A stretch of 64,000 nucleotides of DNA. It comes from Candidatus Woesearchaeota archaeon. Its GTDB lineage: Archaea; Nanobdellota; Nanobdellia; Woesearchaeales; ARS49. The position numbers and the translations under genes are program-made. Location: NCBI GenBank assembly GCA_016203225.1, contig JACQNC010000014.1:91715-155714 (forward strand). The letters run 5' to 3'. Every line of letters starts with the position of its first letter. Position 1 is the stretch's first letter. Of the stretch, positions 48,161-56,857 are shown piece by piece. The notes beneath the pieces were generated by a model. The model did not search any database. It saw only the letters and a list, made by a program, of their open reading frames with translations, and was not told the DNA's origin.

Positions 48161-49653
48161 GACTCCCTGTCAAAGACATGGATATCGCCACTGGCAGCGT
48201 CCGCGTCGTGATCCTAAACCAGCAGGACGCGGCGCGCATGGATCTGCACGCGAACGACCGACTCTTCCTACGCAAAGGTGGCCGTAAGGCCATAGCCATC
48301 CTTGATGTGGCCGAGAGCGAGAAGGCTGTCCCGCCGGGCAGGATCGGGCTTTTCGAGGAAGTGCTCGACGCTCTCAATGCGAAACACAATGACATCGTGG
48401 ACTTCATCCTCGCACGCAAACCCGAAAGCATTGATTCAATCAAGCTCAAGATGGACGGCAAGGAACTCACGCCCTCGCAGATAAACGGCATAGTGAAGGA
48501 CATCGTTCACAGCAACCTCACTGATGTCGAGCTCACGAGCTTCGTGACGGCGAACTACATACATGGCATGACCATGAACGAGGTCGTCAGCCTGACGAAG
48601 AGCATGGCGTATTCAGGGCTGCATCTTTCCTTACGAAGAAGACCGATCATGGACGTCCACAGCATCGGCGGAGTGCCGGGGAACAGGACAACGCCGATTG
48701 TCGTGCCCATCGTGGCAGCGGCGGGATTGACGATCCCTAAGACGAGCTCGCGCGCGATCACGTCCCCCGCCGGAACGGCCGATGCGCTCGAAGTGCTCAC
48801 GAACGTGATCCTGCCGAAGGAGAAACTCGAGCGGCTTGCGTATCAATTGGGAGGATTCATGGTGTGGGGAGGCGCAATATCTTTGGCGCCAGCAGATGAC
48901 AAGATAATCGCTGTCGAGCACCCACTGAACATCGATGCCGAAGGCCAGATGCTGGCCAGCATAATGGCCAAGAAAGCTTCGGTGGGAGCGACGCATCTGC
49001 TGTTGGAGATCCCCATCGATAGGAACGGCAAGGTCCGCGATGAGCGCCGTGCGCTGCACTTGAAGAACGCATTCTGCACTTTGGGAAACAAGCTCGGCAT
49101 AGATGTGCATGTCCTTGTTACGGATGGTTCGCAGCCGATCGGCAATGGAATAGGGCCCGCGCTCGAGGCGCGCGACGTGATATGGGTATTGACGGATGAC
49201 CGTCGAGGGCCTCAGGACCTGCGCGAGAAAAGCCTCATCATGGCGGGCAAGCTCCTCGAGATGGGCAATTGCTGCAAAAGAGGCGAAGGCTACGCTACTG
49301 CCGAACGCATACTCGATTCAGGAGAAGCGTACGCGAAATTCATCGAGATCATCAAGGCGCAAGGCGGACCCCGCATAGTCAAAGCGGACGCGGTGCCTTT
49401 GAGCGCGCATACTTTCATCGTGCGCGCGCCTCGCAATGGCACGATCACGAACATGGACAACAAGGCCCTGGCAAGCATCGCGAAAGCCGCTGGCGCGCCT
49501 TCTGACCACGGCAGCGGGATCTTCCTGCACAAGCACCGCAGCGAAAACGTGCGCCGAGGCGAACCGTTGTACACGATACACGCCGGCAGCCGCGACGAAC
49601 TCAGGTATGCGACATCCGCGGCACGCGCATTCAACGGAGTGAGCATCCGATGA
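48157..49653 (+). CDS. AMP phosphorylase (type III thymidine-phosphorylase family)
   Basis: Length about 500 aa. Motifs SIGGVPGNRTTP, TSSRAITSPAGTAD. Confidence 0.85.
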   Translation: MRLPVKDMDIATGSVRVVILNQQDAARMDLHANDRLFLRKGGRKAIAILDVAESEKAVPPGRIGLFEEVLDALNAKHNDIVDFILARKPESIDSIKLKMDGKELTPSQINGIVKDIVHSNLTDVELTSFVTANYIHGMTMNEVVSLTKSMAYSGLHLSLRRRPIMDVHSIGGVPGNRTTPIVVPIVAAAGLTIPKTSSRAITSPAGTADALEVLTNVILPKEKLERLAYQLGGFMVWGGAISLAPADDKIIAVEHPLNIDAEGQMLASIMAKKASVGATHLLLEIPIDRNGKVRDERRALHLKNAFCTLGNKLGIDVHVLVTDGSQPIGNGIGPALEARDVIWVLTDDRRGPQDLREKSLIMAGKLLEMGNCCKRGEGYATAERILDSGEAYAKFIEIIKAQGGPRIVKADAVPLSAHTFIVRAPRNGTITNMDNKALASIAKAAGAPSDHGSGIFLHKHRSENVRRGEPLYTIHAGSRDELRYATSAARAFNGVSIR

Positions 49654-50087
49654 AGCTTGCAGAACAAGACAAGCAGTTCCTGATGGCCCTGTTCTATGGG
49701 ACCGCGATAATCGTTTTCTGGCGCGGAGTGTGGGGGATATTCGACGCCATCCCGATACTGAACAACGTGTACGTCTCGTTCTTCATCGGACTTGCCGCGC
49801 TGACTCTGACCGGCATGATCTATCGCGAATTCGACTTCTTCTCGCAACGCGCGAACAAGCTCACGAAAGTTCTCCACGGAGTGTTGACAGAAGCCAAGCG
49901 CGAAGAAGGTTACCTGATCCACTACTTCGACGAATTGACGGGCAAGCACGAGACCATCCAACCTCGGAAAGTGCGTCGGATCGAGCACAACGTCATGGTC
50001 GTAGAAGACAAAGGCCACGAGATATTCATCCCGCTGCACAGGATCTCCAAGATCCACAAGGACGGGAAGGCGATTTGGACGAAGTAA
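49650..50087 (+). CDS. Membrane protein
   Basis: ATGA overlap with the upstream gene. Two N-terminal TM helices. Confidence 0.45.
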   Translation: MKLAEQDKQFLMALFYGTAIIVFWRGVWGIFDAIPILNNVYVSFFIGLAALTLTGMIYREFDFFSQRANKLTKVLHGVLTEAKREEGYLIHYFDELTGKHETIQPRKVRRIEHNVMVVEDKGHEIFIPLHRISKIHKDGKAIWTK

Positions 50088-50096
50088 AAATATTCT

Positions 50097-50210
50097 ACGT
50101 TCGTTGCTCCCCCGGCATGATTGACGTCGCTTCAAAAGCATCACATCGATAACGATGAAGCAACCACAAACCTGCCTGGGGAGATTACGCTTGGAACGCA
50201 CCTGGGAGGG
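50097..50210 (+). repeat. Intergenic structured repeat, copy I
   Basis: CTCCCCCGGCATGATTGACGTCGC...ACATCGATAACGATGAAGCAACCACAAACCTGCCTGGGG...ACGCTTGG...CCTGGGAGGG. Confidence 0.65.
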
Positions 50211-50250
50211 GTAGCAAAGCTTTAAAGCGCAAGCAAAGGCGCATGATCAT

Positions 50251-52191
50251 ATGCAATTCAAAGGCTTTACCTTAGACGACTTCCAGATCAAGTCCATAGA
50301 GGCGGTCGAAAGGAACGAATCCGTCGTCGTCTCGGCCGCGACAGGCACTGGAAAGACGTTGATCGCGGACTACGTCATCGACAAGTTCATCAACCAGAAG
50401 CGGCGCGTAATCTACACGGCGCCGATCAAGGCGTTATCGAACCAGAAATTCAGGGATTTCAAGCGGCATTACGGCCCCGAGAGCGTCGGTATAATCACCG
50501 GCGACGTGCAGATCAACACGGAAGCGATGATACTCGTGATGACTACAGAGATCTACCGCAACATGCTTCTATCGCACGACCCGTTGCTCGACACGGTCGC
50601 GTATGTCGTGTTCGACGAGATCCACTACATCTCCGACATCGAACGCGGCACGATCTGGGAGGAGAGCATAATCTTCTCGCCAGCACATCTACGCTTTCTC
50701 TGTCTTTCTGCGACGATCCCGAACGCAAACCAGTTCGCGGCCTGGATCGAGAGCATCCGGAAGCACACCGTGACCGTCGTGAAATATGCCCAACGTGCCG
50801 TCCCTCTCCAACATCTGCTGTTCGACGAGTCATTCGGACTACAAGAACCGAAAGAGATGCGCAACATCCTAGCGATACCTGAACAACGGCCACGAGGTAA
50901 GCACAAGCACGATAAAAAAAAGGAATTTCCTGTCGTCTCGCCCAGCGATGTCGTCAAGGAACTCAAGAGCCGCGGGCTCATGCCCTGCTTCTACTTCGTA
51001 TTCTCAAGGAAAGAGTGCGAAAGAAAGGCTGAAGAGGTCGCGCGCCAGTTCGACCTGCTTCCTGGTGCGAAAAAAGGTGAGGTCGGCGAGATTTTCCGCA
51101 AGGTCATACCGGAAGAACTGCGCGAACTCGAAAGCGTGCGAATGGTGCGACAGCTCGCATCGAAAGGCGTCGCCGTCCACCACGCAGGATTGTTGCCGCA
51201 GTTGAAGGAGGCGGTCGAACTGTTGTTCACCGCAGGCCTCATCTCGGTCCTTTTCACGACGGAGACGTTCGCGGTCGGCATCAACATGCCCGCTAAAGCG
51301 GTCATATTCTCGTCTTTGACAAAGTGGGACGGCATGAACTTCCGCATGCTCAACTCCAAGGAATACTTCCAGCTCGCCGGACGCGCGGGTCGTAGAGGCA
51401 TCGACACGATTGGCTACGCGATCGGCGTGGTAGATAGGAAAATGACTGACTTGGACCGTTACTTGCATCTAGTTTCCGGCGACACCGAGCCCATCAGATC
51501 GCAATTCAGGCTGTCGTTCAACACCGTTATGCATCTCGTGGCGCACCACAACGCCGAGGAACGCGAGATCATCCTCAAGAGCAACTTCGACTATTTCGTC
51601 CAGAAGCAGGAGGGCTCGCACGTGCGTATAATGGCGAGCTTCAACAACAAGCTCAAGGCGCTCACAAAGATGGGCTACGTGACTCCCGACGGAAAGATGA
51701 CGTGGAAAGGCAACTTTCTGCTTAATATCTACGCGAACGAGCTGCTCTTAGGCGAGATTTTTGGCACAGACCTGCACCAGCAGTTGACCGAGCTCGAGTT
51801 ATGCCTGTTGATCGCTGGAATCGTCTTTGAGGAGCGCAAGAACACCATCTTCCACACCAAATGCAGGAACGACGAGTACAACCGCGTCGCACGGCAGACG
51901 TACGACGCCATAATCGCCAAATTGGGCGCCAATCGTTACGTGCAGGAGAATCTGAACAAGTTCGCATTGCAACGACTCTCACTTCTGGTCACGCGCTGGG
52001 CGTCCGGCGCTGAGTTCATGGAGATCCTGCAGTACACCGAAGTGCCTGAAGGCGACATCGTGCACATGATACTGCGCAACTGCGACGCCTTGCGGCAATT
52101 GCGTCACGCGACGGACGACGAGGCGCTCAAGACCAAACTCTTGGGCTGTCTGCAACGGATGTACCGCGACGTCGTCAAGGTCAATCTCTAA
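50251..52191 (+). CDS. Ski2-like superfamily-2 helicase (DEIH) with DSHCT-like C-terminal region
   Basis: Walker A AATGTGKT, DEIH, SAT, QLAGRAGRRG. C-terminal segment resembling DSHCT. Confidence 0.8.
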   Translation: MQFKGFTLDDFQIKSIEAVERNESVVVSAATGTGKTLIADYVIDKFINQKRRVIYTAPIKALSNQKFRDFKRHYGPESVGIITGDVQINTEAMILVMTTEIYRNMLLSHDPLLDTVAYVVFDEIHYISDIERGTIWEESIIFSPAHLRFLCLSATIPNANQFAAWIESIRKHTVTVVKYAQRAVPLQHLLFDESFGLQEPKEMRNILAIPEQRPRGKHKHDKKKEFPVVSPSDVVKELKSRGLMPCFYFVFSRKECERKAEEVARQFDLLPGAKKGEVGEIFRKVIPEELRELESVRMVRQLASKGVAVHHAGLLPQLKEAVELLFTAGLISVLFTTETFAVGINMPAKAVIFSSLTKWDGMNFRMLNSKEYFQLAGRAGRRGIDTIGYAIGVVDRKMTDLDRYLHLVSGDTEPIRSQFRLSFNTVMHLVAHHNAEEREIILKSNFDYFVQKQEGSHVRIMASFNNKLKALTKMGYVTPDGKMTWKGNFLLNIYANELLLGEIFGTDLHQQLTELELCLLIAGIVFEERKNTIFHTKCRNDEYNRVARQTYDAIIAKLGANRYVQENLNKFALQRLSLLVTRWASGAEFMEILQYTEVPEGDIVHMILRNCDALRQLRHATDDEALKTKLLGCLQRMYRDVVKVNL

Positions 52192-52502
52192 GTGCCACCC
52201 ACATAGTGCCTATCTGTTTTCTTTGGTTTTAGGCTGAACTCTCACTTTTGCAGAACAAACTCCTGTTTTGACGAACAGCTTCGATCGCTTTTCGAACAAG
52301 CCAGCACTTTTGTTATTATTTCTATATAAAAAATATTTATATTGACAATCCTCGTTCGCAATCTACAGCACCGAGCTAAATCCAAGAGGAAAGTGTGCAT
52401 TGAAGGGTCAAATTAACACACCGGTACCTGCTGTAGCTAGGCACTATGCAAATACGCGCTTTGAAAGGCGCTAATCAACCCTCAACAAATCATAGAAGCG
52501 TC

Positions 52503-52528
52503 TTTATTCACAAAAAGTGAGCTTATGA
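52503..52528 (-). terminator. Perfect 9-bp hairpin AAAAGTGAG-N8-CTCACTTTT followed by T-tract at the 3' end of the membrane-protein gene
   Basis: Inverted repeat read directly. Located at the stop codon of the 52523 gene. Confidence 0.4.
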
Positions 52529-53116
52529 CTCACTTTTCAGGATGGCATGCCTCATGCCAGCGCGAGCAACTTCCTGCTGCCCAGAAATCAGTCTCAAACT
52601 GCGCTCGACAGTCTGCATCACGCGCACAAGAGGCCGAGCCTCGCGCAAGAGCTTCTCTTCCTTTGCGAGCGCCTCTGCTTCCCGCAACAGCTTCGCCTCG
52701 CGCGCCAGCACTATCTCGTGCGCGACCTTCTGCGCTTCAGCTATCTCCTCGCCAGCGAGCGCCAGAGACGTGAACCGCGCATAAATCCTGAATCCGAGGT
52801 ACAACGGTAGCACAGCCAAGATGTCTAGCCAGTACAGCTTCACGAACTTCACGACATTCTGAACGTGGAACCACTTGAACGTCAGATCGACGACAAAAAA
52901 GAACAGTATGAACTGGTCGAGATAAGCGATCAGCGGCCCGAACGGCTCAAGACTATACAGCGTCCACAACGGATTATCAAGCACCAATTCGATGGCCAAG
53001 ATCACAAGCAAATAGGGAATGATCATGTCAGTGAACCATTCGAACCAGCGCAGCACCTTCCAACGATGATGGTGCTCGCCGAGCAGGTCATGATGCGACG
53101 CAAGCCTCTTTTTCAC
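52523..53116 (-). CDS. Membrane protein with C-terminal coiled coil (start uncertain; GTG 53116 or ATG 53026)
   Basis: The long ORF to 53266 is rejected because it runs through the TATA box. Hairpin plus T-stretch terminator at the 3' end. Confidence 0.4.
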   Translation of the reverse strand: MKKRLASHHDLLGEHHHRWKVLRWFEWFTDMIIPYLLVILAIELVLDNPLWTLYSLEPFGPLIAYLDQFILFFFVVDLTFKWFHVQNVVKFVKLYWLDILAVLPLYLGFRIYARFTSLALAGEEIAEAQKVAHEIVLAREAKLLREAEALAKEEKLLREARPLVRVMQTVERSLRLISGQQEVARAGMRHAILKSES

Positions 53117-53242
53117 AGGCAGCAAAAACAAACGGTTGCTTAAAAACGTTGCTGGCAAGAATCCGCAATATTTATAAATGGCATTTTTCCCGTTACTCCT
53201 AGCGTGTGAATTCTGACGGGGGACGTTGCTAGATACACAACC

Positions 53243-55162
53243 ATGAACGTAGGACAAACAGGTCAAACGCTGGACGCGATCATCAAGGACGAGCCACAGC
53301 TCGTGCTAAAGAACAACATAGCGCGCGCGTGGAAGCACGCGATCGCGAAGGGCGGTTTCGGCACGCTGCTGCTCGCGAGGTTCGACAACGTCTTCGCATT
53401 CGGCGCAGAATTGATCAATCAGGGAGAGGCAGACCCGGCGATCCTTGGGCTTGAAGGGATCCCGTATTCTCCCCGTCCCGAGAACGGTCAAGGCTGGCTT
53501 CCGACGCCCATAGAGGATCCTCAAGTAAGAAAACGCGTCATAAAGGCAGGCCAAGACAGCTGGACAGCATACCAGAACGCACGCGCCCAGAAGGCGCCAG
53601 ACCAGGGACCGACCATCGACCGCGGCGACGTCATAATGCAGTACTGTGACTTTCTCAGACAGATGGATATCGAGCTAACGCAAAGCCCGCTCCTCGCGGT
53701 AAAAGTGCTCATCCCTCCAACCGGCAAGAACGCGGATGAAGAGCGCGTCTTCAGGAGCGAGGTCGAGCGCAAGTTCATCGACGAGTACTTCATGCTCCGC
53801 AGGCTGAAACACCCGAACATCGTCAGAACGCATGGACTCATCGAGGACCCGAAGTACGGCTGGACGCTTTACATGGACTACATAGACGGCCTGACCCTGG
53901 AGGACTATATCATTTCCCAAGAAGACAAGCGTCTACCTGCGCCTGTCGCGTTGAAGATCGTCGAGCGCGTCGCGGACGCGGTGAAGTACTGCCACGCGAA
54001 CGGCATCATCCATCGCGACATCAAACCGGCGAACGTCCTCATCAAGATCGACGGGGTCGAGGCAGATGGCACGCCCAAACTCATCCCGTACCTGTGCGAT
54101 TTCGGCATCAGCAAGAACGTCGACAGCTCGCAGACGACAATCATCAATCTTGGAAGCCCGCATCACGTGTCTCCCGAACAGGCGTGCGGCAACCCGGTGA
54201 CGTTCGCGTCCGACGTCTACCAGCTCGGTTCGCTGCTTTTCGAGATGGTCACGGGCAAAGGCGCATACGAAGGGCTCAGTATCGACGCCACGCTCACCCT
54301 TCTGCGCAACCCGACGATCGATCATCCCACTGTGGTGAGGGATTACCTTCCGAACCTCTCCGAACGCGTCAAGGACCTAATCGAGGTCGCCAGACGCAAG
54401 GATCCCGAGAAGCGTTGGATAATGGACAAGTTCATCTCCGAAGCGCGCTACATCATCGAGAAGGGACTCTATGACGAAACGCCACGCCGAAGCCCCACGC
54501 GGACAGAGCTAATCGAACTCTGGAAAGTCGTCGACCTCCGAAGGGCCGAACTCGAGACAAAGATCCAATTCATCCGTTTCGAGGAGGACATCGATAAGGC
54601 CAAGGAACTGTACAAGGCGGGCGATTTCATAGAATTCGAGATGAAAGTCACATCGTTCGCGGCGCAGCTCGCTGAGCGCCCCCAACGGTACACCAAGTTG
54701 AAGGAGGAGCTCACGCGCCTCCTGCTCGAAGTCGCAGACAACAGATTGAAGGCGAAGGAATACACCCAGGTCGGCACCGCGCTCACATACGTAACGAAAT
54801 GCATCGACGGACTCAAGAACGTCGATACCAAGGTCTACGGGGAGGAGTGCCAGAAACTCTCGGTGCAATTCGGGCCGCACTCGCTGTTCGTCAGCAACTT
54901 CAGCAATGTCGCCGATTCCCTGAAGAGCGTAGAGAAAGGCATCAAGGATGTCTACACTCTCCGAACCATGAACAAACCCTTCAGCGACAAGCTCAGCTCG
55001 CTCGAACTCCAACTGACAGGCGTGCGCGGCGTCTGGACGAACACGCCGCGTGAGAGCATCGGTTCCGCCTATGAGCGCATGGGACAACAGATCACCGACA
55101 TCGAGGACGCGTTGACAGATCTCAAACGCGAGACGCGCATCGACCGGTCATCAGGACAATAA
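53243..55162 (+). CDS. Hanks-type Ser/Thr protein kinase with N- and C-terminal extra domains
   Basis: HRDIKPANVL, DFGISK, SPE motif. C-terminal coiled-coil region. Confidence 0.85.
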   Translation: MNVGQTGQTLDAIIKDEPQLVLKNNIARAWKHAIAKGGFGTLLLARFDNVFAFGAELINQGEADPAILGLEGIPYSPRPENGQGWLPTPIEDPQVRKRVIKAGQDSWTAYQNARAQKAPDQGPTIDRGDVIMQYCDFLRQMDIELTQSPLLAVKVLIPPTGKNADEERVFRSEVERKFIDEYFMLRRLKHPNIVRTHGLIEDPKYGWTLYMDYIDGLTLEDYIISQEDKRLPAPVALKIVERVADAVKYCHANGIIHRDIKPANVLIKIDGVEADGTPKLIPYLCDFGISKNVDSSQTTIINLGSPHHVSPEQACGNPVTFASDVYQLGSLLFEMVTGKGAYEGLSIDATLTLLRNPTIDHPTVVRDYLPNLSERVKDLIEVARRKDPEKRWIMDKFISEARYIIEKGLYDETPRRSPTRTELIELWKVVDLRRAELETKIQFIRFEEDIDKAKELYKAGDFIEFEMKVTSFAAQLAERPQRYTKLKEELTRLLLEVADNRLKAKEYTQVGTALTYVTKCIDGLKNVDTKVYGEECQKLSVQFGPHSLFVSNFSNVADSLKSVEKGIKDVYTLRTMNKPFSDKLSSLELQLTGVRGVWTNTPRESIGSAYERMGQQITDIEDALTDLKRETRIDRSSGQ

Positions 55163-55201
55163 GCTTTAAATCAGCGTCTACTGTTTTCTTGTTATGTCTT
55201 C

Positions 55202-55316
55202 AGCAATCCATTGGCACCGTCGCATGCGCGCAGACACGCGTCTGCGGCCGCGACGTTGCCGTGCGAATACCGCATCACGCAGTATCCGTATGCACAATCA
55301 TTATGGCACCGTCGCA
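55202..55316 (+). repeat. Direct repeat: about 22 nt of tRNA-Ser upstream region plus the first 13 nt of the tRNA, duplicated 92 nt upstream
   Basis: CAATCCATTGGCACCGTCGCAT (55205-55226) versus CAATCATTATGGCACCGTCGCAT (55296-55317). A 7-bp hairpin CGCAGAC-ACGC-GTCTGCG lies between the two copies. Confidence 0.6.
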
Positions 55317-55387
55317 TAATCCGGTAGTGCGTCCGCCTTGAGAGCGGATCCCGCAAGGGGCTGCAGGTTCAAATCCTGCCGGTGCCG
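55305..55387 (+). tRNA. tRNA-Ser (anticodon TGA)
   Basis: Acceptor GGCACCG/CGGTGCC, anticodon stem TCCGC/GCGGA with loop CTTGAGA, long variable arm, T-arm GCAGG-TTCAAAT-CCTGC, discriminator G. Confidence 0.75.
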
Positions 55388-55615
55388 TCAGTTTTGGCTT
55401 CAGCTAGTGTTTTACATAATCTTTCAATATTGAATTTAATACGAACGAAAGCCCTAAATACTAAACAAAGTATAAAAATGACTGCAGTTATGCTCGGTGA
55501 ATTTAGAAAGCTTTAAATATAAGCTGCGAACATTATTATTAAAGTTAATTGTGTTGCAACATACACATTACGCGAGAGAGCGCTACGGGTTTGGGGGGCG
55601 TTCTCGAGGTGCACC

Positions 55616-56545
55616 ATGATGTACGTCAAAAAGTGTCCGGAATGCGGCGGTATCAACCTGTTCATGAACCGCGAGAAAGGCGAGATCATCTGCAAAGACT
55701 GCGGACTCGTCGTCGAGGACAAGATGGTCGAGTTCGGCCAGGAATGGCGCGAATTCGATTCCGACGGCGGCGATGAAGGCTCGCGCAGACGCACCGGCGC
55801 GCCGATGACGTACACGCAGTTCGACCAGGGCCTCGGCACCGAAGTCGGCCAGAAAGCCGACCTGCTCTCTCTCGGCGCGAAAGATCGCAACAAGTTCTTC
55901 CGTCTCAGAAAGTGGCAGTATCGCATCAGCACCGCGATCGAGCGCAACCTGAAATTGGCTCTCGCGGAATTGAAGCGCGTCTCATCCTACTTGAAGCTGC
56001 CGAAGTCAGTCGAGGAAGAGGCAGCGATGATCTACACGCAGGCCGTGCAACGCGGGCTCGTGCGCGGTCGTTCGATGGAATCCGTCGTCTCGGGCGCTTT
56101 GTACGCGGCCTGCAGGCGCCACGAAGTCCCCCGCACGCTCGATGAGTTGAGCGAAGCCTCCGGCATCGAGAAGAAGGAGATCGGGCGCACGTACAGGTTC
56201 GTCACGCGCGAACTCGGCATCACTATTCTGCCGTCGAACCCTGCGGACTACATCGCGCGCTTCGCTAGTTCGTTGAAGCTTTCGCCTGAGACGCAGTCGA
56301 AGGCAGTCGACATACTGGAATCCGCCCAGCACGAGGAATTGACCTCGGGACGCGGTCCCACGGGCATCGCTGCTGCCGCCTTGTACGTCTCGGCGTTGAT
56401 CCACGGCGAGAAGCGCACGCAGCGCGAAGTCGCAGACGTCGCGGGCGTCACGGAAGTCACCATCCGAAACCGCTACAAGGAACTCCTCGAGAAGCTGAAG
56501 CTCGAACGCGAAATCAAGAAGACGAAGAAGAAGGGGAAGAAGTAA
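55616..56545 (+). CDS. tfb: Transcription initiation factor TFB
   Basis: N-terminal zinc ribbon CPECGG...CKDCG and two cyclin-fold repeats. RBS GAGGTG. Confidence 0.95.
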   Translation: MMYVKKCPECGGINLFMNREKGEIICKDCGLVVEDKMVEFGQEWREFDSDGGDEGSRRRTGAPMTYTQFDQGLGTEVGQKADLLSLGAKDRNKFFRLRKWQYRISTAIERNLKLALAELKRVSSYLKLPKSVEEEAAMIYTQAVQRGLVRGRSMESVVSGALYAACRRHEVPRTLDELSEASGIEKKEIGRTYRFVTRELGITILPSNPADYIARFASSLKLSPETQSKAVDILESAQHEELTSGRGPTGIAAAALYVSALIHGEKRTQREVADVAGVTEVTIRNRYKELLEKLKLEREIKKTKKKGKK

Positions 56546-56857
56546 TTACTTCCATATTTTCTTTTCGAAATCTCTTATCTTATTATCTTCGAACTCAAGT
56601 CCTTCGCTTTCTAACAATGTCTTCTTGCGTTGAAGCTCTTTCCCCGCAGTCTTCCCCATGAATCCCCCTAAATAACCATCAGAAGCGACGACGCGGTGGC
56701 ACGGCACTTCAGGTGCGTACGGGTTGCAGCGCAGCGCCTGGCCCACAGCCCTAGGGCTGCTCTGGAGCGCCTTTGCCAGTAGCAGGTACGTCGATACCTT
56801 TCCCTGCGGTATCATCCTGCACAGGCGGTACACGTTGTTCTGGAACGGTGTTGGCAT
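56546..56857 (-). CDS. ogt: Methylated-DNA-protein-cysteine methyltransferase (short MGMT domain)
   Basis: VPCHRVV active-site motif, helix-turn-helix region. Confidence 0.7.
   Translation of the reverse strand: MPTPFQNNVYRLCRMIPQGKVSTYLLLAKALQSSPRAVGQALRCNPYAPEVPCHRVVASDGYLGGFMGKTAGKELQRKKTLLESEGLEFEDNKIRDFEKKIWK

Noticed and set aside
8655-50210. CRISPR array explanation for the repeat family
   Set aside because: Copies are 90-150 nt, kilobases apart, internally variable and flanked by ordinary genes. They do not show a regular short repeat-spacer periodicity.
52523-53266. Full-length 247-aa version of the minus-strand membrane-protein ORF
   Set aside because: Its N-terminal 50 codons run straight through the TTTATAAA box at 53171-53178 that serves the divergent kinase gene. 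A shorter start (53116 or 53026) is more plausible.
55202-55390. Integrated mobile element bounded by the tRNA-Ser partial repeats
   Set aside because: Only 92 nt separate the repeats, with no coding capacity. At most this is a recombination footprint, not an element.
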